A stretch of 63,970 nt of DNA from a virus (Duplodnaviria; Caudoviricetes): positions 1-63,970 of the IMG/VR virus record IMGVR_UViG_3300013108_000662; one strand, 5' to 3'. The notes beneath the pieces were generated by a model. That model did no database searches. It was not told the origin of the DNA and worked only from the letters and a program-made list of their open reading frames with translations. Position numbers and translations under genes: made by a program. This document shows positions 21,281 through 30,844 of this stretch, one piece after another (positions within the stretch are counted from its first letter, which is position 1; each line of letters starts with the position of its first letter).

Positions 21281-24200
21281 TTAACTAGGCTCTTCTCCGC
21301 GGTCCTCTGAGCGATTAGAGCGGGGATCCTGCGGGTCTGGTGAGGGATCACCGCCGCCGCCTTGTTCCGGCGGGGAGTTTTGTTCCCATGGGTCGGGGGG
21401 ACTCGGAGAACCATCACCGCCGCCGCCGCCCTGGGACGCGGCGCGGAGATCTTCGTCCGTAATGGTCGCGACAGATGGGAAGTCGGCAAAGTACGCTTCA
21501 TAAACTTCATCAACATACCCTGGGAGGGCGCGGCGTGGTCCGAGGCTTTCAATTGGAAGAGCCTCCGTATTCCACGGCAATCTATAAGGATCACCGGGAA
21601 AGGAGCGTGCTCCCCGGCCGGGTTCATTAAGGGGCTCGGGCCATGAATTCGTCTCGTAGCGGGACTCATAAATACGTGTCCAGCCGTAGGTGCTATCAAA
21701 TTCCTCAAAAATGAGTATCTGTTCTTCATACCATTTTTCAAAATGGGCATCAGTGCCGGGGTAGGATGCGCCCAGAGAGCGCTGATATGGTTTTGAGGGT
21801 CCGGCCCAATAACTCCAAGAATATAATAAAGGCGGTGCCATACTATTCTCTTGAGCTGGTGGATCTGTTTGTTCGCCAGTTGCCGGGTCGATCCAGACGC
21901 GTCGGGAATAAATATTTTCAATCAACGGCATCACAAAACCAGTGCCACGAGGAGGTGGTTCGTCCCGGAATTGAACCGGACCTGAACTAGGGTCTGTGAG
22001 GGGTTCGGGGTTGGAGCCGGGGGTGGTGTCCCACATAAGAGGAGGAGTGGCGTGGCTATGGGGTCCGGTGATATTATCGTGGTCGCTGTGGATCACGGGT
22101 TCCCCTGACGGATCAAGGTGAGTGTGTGCTCCCGGAGGGGATTCGGGCGCTTCGATCGATGTGGTTAAGTCTCCCGAATAATACCACAGCGAATAAACGC
22201 GCTGTTGATAGTGTGAGATAGGGGGCTGGACACTATCAACTTCATCTACTATAAAGACTCTAGAGCGAGAAGAGAATGAGATCTGGGCGGCGATTTGAAT
22301 ATCTGTTATAGAAGAGGGCTCTTGTAATGCCGATTGAAGAACGGGATAAGTAGAGATAAGTGCTTGGTCCATGGGGCGAGGGAACTTATTGGTCTTAGCG
22401 AGTGCTCGTTGGATCGTATTTGTTATAGGGGTGGCGGCAAAATGGAGTCGCTCAGACACCAGATAATCTATTATATCCTCAAAGCCGGCCGTGGTTGAAG
22501 CCGCAGATGTGGTGTTTGTGAAAACTGTCCCTGTAGGGAAAGCTATATCTCCGGGAGTGCCGCTATAGCGGATTCCACCATTGGCTGTGATTGAGGGTCT
22601 AACGATCTTCTTACCGAAATAACTCAATATGTCATTCTTAATAGCTGTCACATTACCCGGGCGCATAGAAGGGGGGAGTTTGATTGCCGTGGGATTTTCG
22701 ATAAATGCGATCGCGCGGGACTTAACTTGTTGTTTGATAAACCTGAATAGATATCCGTTGTGGTCCGTGAGCAATGAGTCCAGATTGAAGGCAGCAAAAA
22801 CAAAGATATTTTTAACCACTATTTCAGCTAACGCAATCTGAATATATAAGAGCATCAATCCAAGCTTGAGGGCGCGGCGGACTTTATCGCGGGCAGTGTC
22901 TCTTAGGTCGTTGCACGCCTGTTCAGCATACTCACGCGTCATTTGCTCTAAGATTCCTTGGATATCCAGCAAGTCTGCCACCTTATCGGGAGGACAGTCC
23001 TCATTTAGATGAAAGAGCTGCAGCGTTTTAAGCGTTGCTGCATCAAATGCCCCGTTTTCTATAATATAGTCAAACATGTTTTTTAACAAGGTCGCATAGA
23101 CCTGGGGGAATTGATTTTCGAGGACAAAGGAACGGTTTTCGACCATCTCTTCTTCTCTTGCGTCTTCTTGTTCATTTGAAGGTAGGGTAGAAAAATTGAA
23201 TTGAGTGTCAATATAGTTCTCTAAAAACTGTTGAAGATAAATATTTGTTGCAGAGGAGTGGGAGTTCTCTGGTTCGGACAAGCCTAATTCTGTCAGTTGG
23301 GGCTGAAGTTCATTTAGAATCCCGTTGCTTAGTACAAGTTGTGACGTCGATTGGGCTTGTATTTCCACCAATTGTGACTGTCCCGGAGTATTTAGTGGAT
23401 ATACTATTTGTAGATATTCATGAGTGGGGGCTGTAACCGTGGAGGGTATAGGGGGCGGAAAACTAAACCGGATGTTATGGGGCTTTACAGGATTCATGGA
23501 GAGGTCGTCGATGCTTAACGTGTTTGGGTCTGTCTCCGTGGGAAAAGCACTAAAATGGACTGGGGCATTATATAATCCAGTAGCACTAATAAACGTTGCT
23601 TTAGAGGGTTGCACATAGTCTCGGAAGTCTCGGAAAAAGTCCTGCTTAAAACGATAAGTACGGATTACTGGTCCGTCACCTTCAGCGAGATTAGTTAGAT
23701 TGTTAGATAGACCCTGAAGTCCAGCGTTAAATTGACTTGTGGCTAATGCCCTGATCATCTCTTCAACAATATCGCCAAAGAGTCCGAAGTTCTCAGTAAC
23801 GTCAAAGCCGACGACATCTTCCAAAGATGGGTCACAGTCTATAGTGAGATCCCTTATTATATCGGCCCCTCCTTCCAGTTGAGTCATAACTGAACTAATT
23901 TTTTCTTCAATATCGTTAAGAATGGCAGGATCTAAATCCTCTAGCGAACCTGTTGCTTCTACGGGGCGCCATAGATTTGCAGTATCCGCCGTACCTAAAA
24001 CATTTGACTCGGCTCCCCTAACCAGTACGGGGTCAAGAAGAATCTCTTTTATTGATTCGGCGGAACTTATAAACTGGACCTCTACCGTTTCTGCCACCGC
24101 ATTGAACACTTCTGGGATAGCTTTAGTAATAGTAGGGTCATTAATGAAGTTCTCTCTGTCCATGCAATCAAAATTAACTTCAGGGAGATTGGGCAGCAGA

Positions 24201-26368
24201 TCTCCCAGGTCTTCAAGATTCGGCAGGTTTAAGCAAATATTCTCCTGATTTAAAGTTACAACCGTGTTGGCTATCTCATCGCAAAGTTCTGTTACATCAG
24301 TGATCCCGGAGAGGTCACTAATGAACCCCATTACAGAAGTGATATCTGATAATTGCTGTTGAATGATACTATTATCATAATTCTGGTTGAATTCCACAAT
24401 CCGATTTACGAGCGACATTGGAGGCTTTCCAAGAGGATTGAGAAGATTACATACGTCGACGGAACTTAATATTTGAGAGAGAGCGCTTAAGTACTGTCGT
24501 AGTACCGATGGATGCAGTCCATTTTTGGAAGCGAGCCCAGCTAGTCCGTCTTCTACGCTACCGGGTTCCGTGAGTAGTCCGTTTATATTACTGGCACCAT
24601 AGTCGCCGGCGAAAGGATTATTCACAGCGCATGCCTCTCTAATAAGATTGGCCATCTGCTCCACGATCGTAACAGCCATTCGCTGTAGAGCACTCACAGC
24701 CGCCTGCTTGATAAGGTTTCCGATATCTCCATCTTTCAGCTTAGGCTTCAAACTCTTGAAATCAAACTTAGGGATCTGTATAAATTCTCGTGGCTCAGGG
24801 GGCTTTCGATAATATACATTTAATGCTTGGGAGTGTAGTGCTGTCTTTACTGCGCTAACAAGTCGGCTAGCCTCAAAATTGGCCCCAAAAGTGAGACACA
24901 ACATTACCTCCTTTAAGAGCTGATCTATGCCCAGAGAGCGTATTAGCCTAGCTACTGCTGGATTGAGCTTCCCAACTAACCCTAAAGGCATAAGGGGGTT
25001 TGCCAATATGTCCTCCACCACAGATGCGGCTGAGGCTGCTGCGGTGAATCCTTTAGTTTTCTGTACAGCGAAAACTTTACGCCGAACGTCTCTATTGCTT
25101 CGTATTTCTTTGCTGATTTTTTCTATTTCAGCCTCTGTATATAGTGTACTGAACCCCTCCTTTAAGGCGGTTACATCTGTCGCTGAGATCAGCCCAAGTT
25201 CTTTGGCGGCCTTAATATATTCATTTTGAATTGATTCTTGATGTTGTGCCGCCAGCTCGGCTGGTGTCATGGGTCGCGGGAGAGCGACAGAACCGCTAGC
25301 GATATCTCCTAGGCTCCCGAAAGTTCCAAAGTTGAGTCCAAATGAGCCTGATAAGGTGGACATAACGTTGGGAGACTCCAAGAACTGCCACACCGTATAT
25401 GGTGGGGCGTCCGGATTGATTGAACCATTTTCCACCTGCTCTACAATCGTTCGGTAGTTCTGTAATATTGCAACGGTCATTGGATCGTGGAATTGTGTCT
25501 TGTAGAGAACTGCTGAGAAGACTCCCACTTTGAGTGGGCTATTTTGAATGGACTCTTCCACCAATAGATAGGACATTCTCACGACTGCGGGTTTATTGTT
25601 CTTTTTTCCAAATTCTAAAGTAAGAGTGTCGGCATCCGTAAGATTAGCGGCTGAGGAGCGTCGTAATTGGGCGACCAAGCTACTCACGAGCCAATTTAGC
25701 GTTAGCTGAACGCTCGTTTGTGTGAAAGTAAAATCAAGATTTATGTTTAATTGTCCTTCGAACCCTTGGTGCTGTTGGTTAAAAGCCCGGAGTCCATCAT
25801 TAAGGAAGTTGTTTTGGCGCCCCAATGATGCGATCGCTAATGTTGTGGAAGATGTAGGAACAGACACATTATTTTTAGTACGGAAATATTCGTAGTTGGA
25901 CTCATAAGAGGGCATCTTGCCCTCAGCTTCCAACTTCTCTCGTCGGGCGAGGAAATCGAGGTTTGTGCTCACAACAACAACGCTCTTGTTAGCCATGGGG
26001 GGTGCGGCGTTAAAGTAATGTTCTATCTTTATTGAGCGCTGAATACTTGACATCAACTCTATTGTTTCGGTCATAGATATCATCGGCTGCGGCTCGTTGT
26101 CCCCGGGGAGGGTCAATTTAGGACTATTATCTAGTATTTCTTGGAACGTCGTCTCATTGAAAAGATAGGTGTAGAACTCCGGAAGATAATGCGTGACATA
26201 ATAGCGGAGTGCTTTCTCCTTTAATTCTGCCTCTCTCTCCCTTTGTTCGGAAGCATTTCGGATACGAGGACTAACCTTGAACTTAAGTTTATAGGACTTA
26301 GTAGATTCTTCATAAAATGGAATCTTAAAATCCTGATTGAGATATCTTTTAGGAGGTAATAAAGGCAT
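21281..26368 (-). CDS. Large hypothetical virion protein (1695 aa) with Pro/Gly-rich C-terminal tail
   Basis: Long, mostly helical-looking ORF directly downstream of the spike genes. Confidence 0.65.
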   Translation of the reverse strand: MPLLPPKRYLNQDFKIPFYEESTKSYKLKFKVSPRIRNASEQREREAELKEKALRYYVTHYLPEFYTYLFNETTFQEILDNSPKLTLPGDNEPQPMISMTETIELMSSIQRSIKIEHYFNAAPPMANKSVVVVSTNLDFLARREKLEAEGKMPSYESNYEYFRTKNNVSVPTSSTTLAIASLGRQNNFLNDGLRAFNQQHQGFEGQLNINLDFTFTQTSVQLTLNWLVSSLVAQLRRSSAANLTDADTLTLEFGKKNNKPAVVRMSYLLVEESIQNSPLKVGVFSAVLYKTQFHDPMTVAILQNYRTIVEQVENGSINPDAPPYTVWQFLESPNVMSTLSGSFGLNFGTFGSLGDIASGSVALPRPMTPAELAAQHQESIQNEYIKAAKELGLISATDVTALKEGFSTLYTEAEIEKISKEIRSNRDVRRKVFAVQKTKGFTAAASAASVVEDILANPLMPLGLVGKLNPAVARLIRSLGIDQLLKEVMLCLTFGANFEASRLVSAVKTALHSQALNVYYRKPPEPREFIQIPKFDFKSLKPKLKDGDIGNLIKQAAVSALQRMAVTIVEQMANLIREACAVNNPFAGDYGASNINGLLTEPGSVEDGLAGLASKNGLHPSVLRQYLSALSQILSSVDVCNLLNPLGKPPMSLVNRIVEFNQNYDNSIIQQQLSDITSVMGFISDLSGITDVTELCDEIANTVVTLNQENICLNLPNLEDLGDLLPNLPEVNFDCMDRENFINDPTITKAIPEVFNAVAETVEVQFISSAESIKEILLDPVLVRGAESNVLGTADTANLWRPVEATGSLEDLDPAILNDIEEKISSVMTQLEGGADIIRDLTIDCDPSLEDVVGFDVTENFGLFGDIVEEMIRALATSQFNAGLQGLSNNLTNLAEGDGPVIRTYRFKQDFFRDFRDYVQPSKATFISATGLYNAPVHFSAFPTETDPNTLSIDDLSMNPVKPHNIRFSFPPPIPSTVTAPTHEYLQIVYPLNTPGQSQLVEIQAQSTSQLVLSNGILNELQPQLTELGLSEPENSHSSATNIYLQQFLENYIDTQFNFSTLPSNEQEDAREEEMVENRSFVLENQFPQVYATLLKNMFDYIIENGAFDAATLKTLQLFHLNEDCPPDKVADLLDIQGILEQMTREYAEQACNDLRDTARDKVRRALKLGLMLLYIQIALAEIVVKNIFVFAAFNLDSLLTDHNGYLFRFIKQQVKSRAIAFIENPTAIKLPPSMRPGNVTAIKNDILSYFGKKIVRPSITANGGIRYSGTPGDIAFPTGTVFTNTTSAASTTAGFEDIIDYLVSERLHFAATPITNTIQRALAKTNKFPRPMDQALISTYPVLQSALQEPSSITDIQIAAQISFSSRSRVFIVDEVDSVQPPISHYQQRVYSLWYYSGDLTTSIEAPESPPGAHTHLDPSGEPVIHSDHDNITGPHSHATPPLMWDTTPGSNPEPLTDPSSGPVQFRDEPPPRGTGFVMPLIENIYSRRVWIDPATGEQTDPPAQENSMAPPLLYSWSYWAGPSKPYQRSLGASYPGTDAHFEKWYEEQILIFEEFDSTYGWTRIYESRYETNSWPEPLNEPGRGARSFPGDPYRLPWNTEALPIESLGPRRALPGYVDEVYEAYFADFPSVATITDEDLRAASQGGGGGDGSPSPPDPWEQNSPPEQGGGGDPSPDPQDPRSNRSEDRGEEPS

Positions 26369-26372
26369 TATC

Positions 26373-27344
26373 TTAGTTGGTATTGTTATACTTGCTTAAA
26401 ATATAAGCACTAGTGTTTTCTTCTGTGACAAACTCTACAACACCGGTCGCTCCTAAGTAGTTAGTTTCTATCATAGCACACTTTGTAGCATGAAGTCCTA
26501 GTTGAGCCGTGACATCCGCTACGATCGATACTAGTCCCTTAATGGAGGCTTGCGTGCCCCCCGTCCAGGGTGGGCTAGTAGGTGTGCCATAGAATGGTGA
26601 GTTGTGTGTATGGTTAGCCATGGCAATCGTTACTTGGCGATATTCATCTACATAGTTATTGAAGAGTCCTCGAAGTTCATTAATAGCGCCCACGATCTCC
26701 GTGAGGCATGCCACTAAGTTCTCGCCCTTTACTAAGGGCTGCATATCACTAGAATCATTCATTGCTATCAAGTCAATTCCATAGCGTTGCATCCCCACAT
26801 TCTTTAGCTCGCCTCCCTGCGAATTATACGCGTCGGTGCGAGTGACAAGCTTGATGTTCTCTCTACCGATGAGCCTAACAGTGTCGGCTTTTATGGCGAC
26901 CGTGCTCCGGGGGGCGGCCTCCGTAGTGTTGCCGACGCGTCCGGGAGTAAGATCAAACTCGGCGTCGACGTTACAACGTTGAGAAAGGTAGATCCGCGCG
27001 GCATCTAGTTTTTGATCGGAATTCACTTGGATAAGTTGTTCGTTATCGTCGCGGCGGCGGGCGCGGAAGCCCTTGCGTCCGGCAACAATATCAATCGCTG
27101 CCGTATGAGTTCCTACCCGACTTGATAGTGAGTCTCCCAACCTATCTTTGCCGAGCACCAGAAAAGCATTTCCGCGAGAATATACGCTCTCGTAGGGAGT
27201 GGAGTTGAACGCGGGGACATCAAAATCATATCCCGTCACATCCTCACCAATCCCTATAAATGCCTCTTTTTCATCTGGAGTCAATGACTCATACTGGGCC
27301 CGGGCATGGGGCGACATAAGATCAAGATTGATGGCTTTAGTCAT
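26373..27344 (-). CDS. Baseplate central spike, gp5 C-terminal-like (323 aa)
   Basis: Beta-helix-like segments (DAARIYLSQ, VAIKADTVRLIGRENIKL), QPLVKGENL, and the HTH apex motif (ANHTHNSP). Confidence 0.6.
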   Translation of the reverse strand: MTKAINLDLMSPHARAQYESLTPDEKEAFIGIGEDVTGYDFDVPAFNSTPYESVYSRGNAFLVLGKDRLGDSLSSRVGTHTAAIDIVAGRKGFRARRRDDNEQLIQVNSDQKLDAARIYLSQRCNVDAEFDLTPGRVGNTTEAAPRSTVAIKADTVRLIGRENIKLVTRTDAYNSQGGELKNVGMQRYGIDLIAMNDSSDMQPLVKGENLVACLTEIVGAINELRGLFNNYVDEYRQVTIAMANHTHNSPFYGTPTSPPWTGGTQASIKGLVSIVADVTAQLGLHATKCAMIETNYLGATGVVEFVTEENTSAYILSKYNNTN

Positions 27345-29095
27345 GTCGGGGAGCCTCCGGAGGGCGAAGGAGTCCCTGTAGCGACGTTCGTCTGAGGCGT
27401 GGGGTCACTTATAAAGGACGCATCCGGATTAACAGTGAATCCAGCAGCGCGCAGGACGCGGACAGCATCGATGTCATTCAAGAGATTCCACCGGGCGCGC
27501 TTTAAATAATGAACCGCATCACAAGGAGTGTGCCCAGTGTTACCCTGGGTGTTTGCCTCCGAGGCCCAATAAGATTGTCCTGCGTTCAGGAGTTCTTCAT
27601 CTGGTCCTGGTGTCAGATCTTGTAGCACCGGAGTGGATGAGCCCGGCTTTCTCCATCTCTTAAATGGAATTCCGCCCGATGCCCATTCCGCTGCATATTG
27701 CCAAGCGGCGAGACCCACATTGTCGTGGAGACCGAGAAGATAACCACCCAGCTTTGGTTGTTTTCGAAAAAGAAGCGATACTCCAAGCTTGTTCTGTCCT
27801 GTTCGGTCGAAGTTCTTTTGCCAGACTGCAGTGGTGAAGTACTTCTTCACAGTAAATCGGAAGGTGCTGGGGATGAACTGAAATCTTCCGGCTGTATAGA
27901 AGCCGTTATTCTTCCACGCAGCATTGGACTGGGCGACGAGCCCGGCATTTAGCCAACGGCGAAGGACGTCGTCCGGAGGGTTCTGGTTATCCCCGTGGAG
28001 TTTGGTCTTGTCACTTTTGGGATCTCCGGCGGTTCGGTCCATGATAACATATCGCGCATTGGATCCCGGTGGATTCCATGATCCCCCTGATTTATATCCC
28101 ATCATTAGCGAAGATACCTCTTCAATTTTTAGTGTCTCAAAATTTCGGCCTCGGAGGGGCCCCCCGGAAATCCAGGCGCCATTATCTCCTGGGGTATCTC
28201 CCCCATAGGTACGGTTAGTAGAATTTACTTTTCCTTCGTGGGCTGCAATCCAGTCCAACAGTTCTGCAAGGGGAGGAATGAGAATCTCTGTGTCATCCCA
28301 ATTCAATTTAGCGGAGCGATTGGCATTGCGAGCCGAGACATTTCTCTTTGCCCATGCTTCAGGTGGAGTAAGGGGCGTCCATGCCGGTACCGGGGGATAC
28401 CCCTCCGGGTTATCGCACGGCTCGCCGGGCTCGGACCGGACTCTGGCGGCGCCGGAGCCGCCGGGGGCTGGAGGGGTTGGCGCTGAGGTGGGAGCCGTGG
28501 AATCTTGCGAAGGTACGGTACCTGCCGCTTCACGGGTTCTCTGTACAGTTCCCCCGGGGCGACTTGGACGAGAATTTGGGGATGTTGGGGATGACCAGTT
28601 AGGAGGGCGCCGGCTGATTTTTTTCACTATCCTAGGATTGTTTAAAAGTTCCGCATCTTGATACCTTACCTTCACTACATCTCCTAGATTAAACGTGATG
28701 TTTGGATCCAGAAGTGCATCAGTGGGGATTTCCTGATATCCTCCGAGAATCGGATCTTTATCTGACTCTGGGGGGCGAAGGGGCTCAAGTTCTGGAATAT
28801 AGACCCGGTATAGATAATTAATAAAAGTGGATTGTTCGCCCGCTGCCTCTGCGGCAAGGACCGTGGCAGGGTACTGGGCTGTTGCATAGTCTATCCTTCG
28901 TTTGCCTACTACAACCCCTTGAAACTCGTCTATGGATTTTAGCGAACTCTTTTCGAACGCTTTTTCGGCAGCCATTCGCAAAGCTGTTGCTGGTTTAGTC
29001 CTTCTTCGGTCGCCCGACGGATTACCGTCGTTTTCTTTTAAATTATTCAGATCCCCGTGTTCAAGATCTTTGAGTTTACCAAAAGATATAGGCAT
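27341..29095 (-). CDS. Baseplate hub/spike N-terminal OB-fold fused to a lambda R-type (GH24/GH104) lysozyme/lytic transglycosylase (584 aa)
   Basis: OB-fold motifs YRVYIPEL and LGDVVKVRY, then a Pro/Ser linker. Lysozyme motifs LLDWIAAHEG, AGRFQFIPSTF, FDRTGQNKLG, AAEWAS. Confidence 0.7.
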   Translation of the reverse strand: MPISFGKLKDLEHGDLNNLKENDGNPSGDRRRTKPATALRMAAEKAFEKSSLKSIDEFQGVVVGKRRIDYATAQYPATVLAAEAAGEQSTFINYLYRVYIPELEPLRPPESDKDPILGGYQEIPTDALLDPNITFNLGDVVKVRYQDAELLNNPRIVKKISRRPPNWSSPTSPNSRPSRPGGTVQRTREAAGTVPSQDSTAPTSAPTPPAPGGSGAARVRSEPGEPCDNPEGYPPVPAWTPLTPPEAWAKRNVSARNANRSAKLNWDDTEILIPPLAELLDWIAAHEGKVNSTNRTYGGDTPGDNGAWISGGPLRGRNFETLKIEEVSSLMMGYKSGGSWNPPGSNARYVIMDRTAGDPKSDKTKLHGDNQNPPDDVLRRWLNAGLVAQSNAAWKNNGFYTAGRFQFIPSTFRFTVKKYFTTAVWQKNFDRTGQNKLGVSLLFRKQPKLGGYLLGLHDNVGLAAWQYAAEWASGGIPFKRWRKPGSSTPVLQDLTPGPDEELLNAGQSYWASEANTQGNTGHTPCDAVHYLKRARWNLLNDIDAVRVLRAAGFTVNPDASFISDPTPQTNVATGTPSPSGGSPT

Positions 29096-29397
29096 CAGTC
29101 TTTATTCTCGTTCAAGAGGTCAAATAGTTCTTCTTTGTCATTTTCAGTGAGTCCGACGTTTGTTGTCTTTTGGCGCTGGAGGATCGAAGCAAGTTTAACC
29201 ATTTGCTCGTTGGAGCGCTGGAGGTTCTCTACGAACTTAGCAGCGATTGGTCCCATCTCTCGGCGGTCGGTTGCAGACGCAGCCATGTCAGCCATAACAT
29301 CCATAAGGAGTGTCTTGGCCATTGCCCTGTCTTCTCTGATGTTTTTTGTGGTCTCTTCTAGATATTCGTCTAGGCTTAGATCTCGCCGTTTTGCCAT
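29095..29397 (-). CDS. Hypothetical helical protein (100 aa)
   Basis: Fills the gap between neighbours with tight overlaps. Coiled-coil-like. Confidence 0.6.
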   Translation of the reverse strand: MAKRRDLSLDEYLEETTKNIREDRAMAKTLLMDVMADMAASATDRREMGPIAAKFVENLQRSNEQMVKLASILQRQKTTNVGLTENDKEELFDLLNENKD

Positions 29398-30068
29398 TTG
29401 TTCTTAAACGTCCTATATCGTTTTCTTAGTTTATTAAGATTATTAACGACTTGTTTGGTATTCAGTCCTGTAATCTCCCTAAGATATAAGTAAATAGCTT
29501 TTTTATTGAAAATTTCTATCTGGTCGGCTGATTCTAAGAGGATCCGGACTGCCATCAGAACCTTTTTTTCATTTTCCTTAAGCATGAAGGAGTCCCAAGT
29601 GTCGATCTCGCCATGAAGGGAGGACCAGAACTCCATCTCCGAACGCATCTGAAAATAAGTTTTCTCTTGCGATACCAGATCTTCGTCCAGCTGGCTGATA
29701 ATATCTTCCATGAAGATCTCAGTTCTGTTTCGCTTTTGCGTTCTCTTGACCTTGTGGATAAACCAGTTCTTGGTTACTACCGAAAAATAGGAAAACGCTT
29801 TGGATCCCTTGCTCGGATCGTATTTGTTTAAAATTGTGGTGAGCCACACCTTGCAGTCAGCCTTTAAGTAATCAATATTTGGTAGCGTGGTGAACCGATA
29901 AGTATAGATAATCTTATCTACCATTTGATCAAAGGCCGGCTGGATATACTCTTCGTACAGTTTGGAGCGCAGCTCTCTATCATCAGTGTTCGCGTACTTA
30001 ATGATCGCATCCTCATGGACGCTCGTAAAATAATGATTCTTTTTTCTAGTTCTCTTCTTGCGTGGCAT
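29376..30068 (-). CDS. Phage RNA polymerase sigma factor, T4 gp55-like (230 aa)
   Basis: NHYFT N-terminus, region 2-like KYDPSKGSKAFSYFSVVTKNWFI, and a C-terminal HTH-like YLYLREITGLNTKQV. Confidence 0.7.
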   Translation of the reverse strand: MPRKKRTRKKNHYFTSVHEDAIIKYANTDDRELRSKLYEEYIQPAFDQMVDKIIYTYRFTTLPNIDYLKADCKVWLTTILNKYDPSKGSKAFSYFSVVTKNWFIHKVKRTQKRNRTEIFMEDIISQLDEDLVSQEKTYFQMRSEMEFWSSLHGEIDTWDSFMLKENEKKVLMAVRILLESADQIEIFNKKAIYLYLREITGLNTKQVVNNLNKLRKRYRTFKNKWQNGEI

Positions 30069-30363
30069 TTAACTCTTCCTCTAGTTCTGCATCAAGACCA
30101 TATTCAAATATGCCTCGAAAATCTTCCATCTCCTCTAAGACTTCCTGTACTCTCATCATTAGCTCTTGGATCATGGGTTCGCCATGGTAATTCTCCATGC
30201 TATACATTGATTTAAGAAAAGTATGGAATGCCTTATTGGTCAGGAATAGGTCGGCCAGGTTCTCAGATATAAACACAAACTTTCGTAAAAGTCGTGTAAC
30301 ATACCACACCAAAAAGCCATTTATTACTACCGAAACTGCCAGCAATAGATAAACTTGCATCAT
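30046..30363 (-). CDS. Small membrane-anchored hypothetical protein (105 aa)
   Basis: N-terminal hydrophobic helix VYLLLAVSVVINGFLVWYV. Confidence 0.6.
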   Translation of the reverse strand: MMQVYLLLAVSVVINGFLVWYVTRLLRKFVFISENLADLFLTNKAFHTFLKSMYSMENYHGEPMIQELMMRVQEVLEEMEDFRGIFEYGLDAELEEELNATQEEN

Positions 30364-30608
30364 GTGTTTTTCCCAACATCTTTCTGTTGTTGTTTGAGGT
30401 CTTCTCTAGCATCCGCTATAAATTCTTCAGTTACTTGACCCACTTTTTTATGCAGGGCCTTCTTAGGTGCGGTGGAAAAGCGGCTCAACAACTTTACCAT
30501 TGTTCCCACCTCCTTGCAGTCACTGCAGTCTGCAATGCTCTCAGATGAAAGATGTTGCACGGTGCTTGTTTGCCGGCAAGCGCTGCAGCGATAGCTATAG
30601 CGGGGCAT
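30360..30608 (-). CDS. FmdB-family zinc-ribbon protein (82 aa)
   Basis: MPRYSYRCSAC...CSDC...KLLS matches the FmdB CxxC-CxxC pattern. Confidence 0.75.
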   Translation of the reverse strand: MPRYSYRCSACRQTSTVQHLSSESIADCSDCKEVGTMVKLLSRFSTAPKKALHKKVGQVTEEFIADAREDLKQQQKDVGKNT

Positions 30609-30609
30609 C

Positions 30610-30837
30610 TCAGCCCTCAGGAATTAAGACAGTAGAGTCGGTAATCGTCTCAGTGTCTGTGAGTTCCACGCCTTCAAGGGATACAACGGGGGGATTTGCT
30701 ACCACTAGAGTACCGTCATCCGCTACTACCAGATCCATCTCTGTAAGTACAGGAACAATATCACTCTGTTCCAGTAGTGATTTCTGGAGAGCCATCATCA
30801 GGGCTCCGACTGCTTGATTTGATAATTTCATAATCAT
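30610..30837 (-). CDS. Hypothetical protein (75 aa)
   Basis: AAGGAG SD upstream. Fills the intergenic space. Confidence 0.6.
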   Translation of the reverse strand: MIMKLSNQAVGALMMALQKSLLEQSDIVPVLTEMDLVVADDGTLVVANPPVVSLEGVELTDTETITDSTVLIPEG

Positions 30838-30844
30838 TTTCTCC

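Noticed and set aside
21253-21921. 222-aa alternative-frame ORF overlapping the end of the 1695-aa gene (possible frameshift product)
   Set aside because: Arg/Pro-rich translation typical of a GC-rich off-frame read. No slippery site or motif was recognised.
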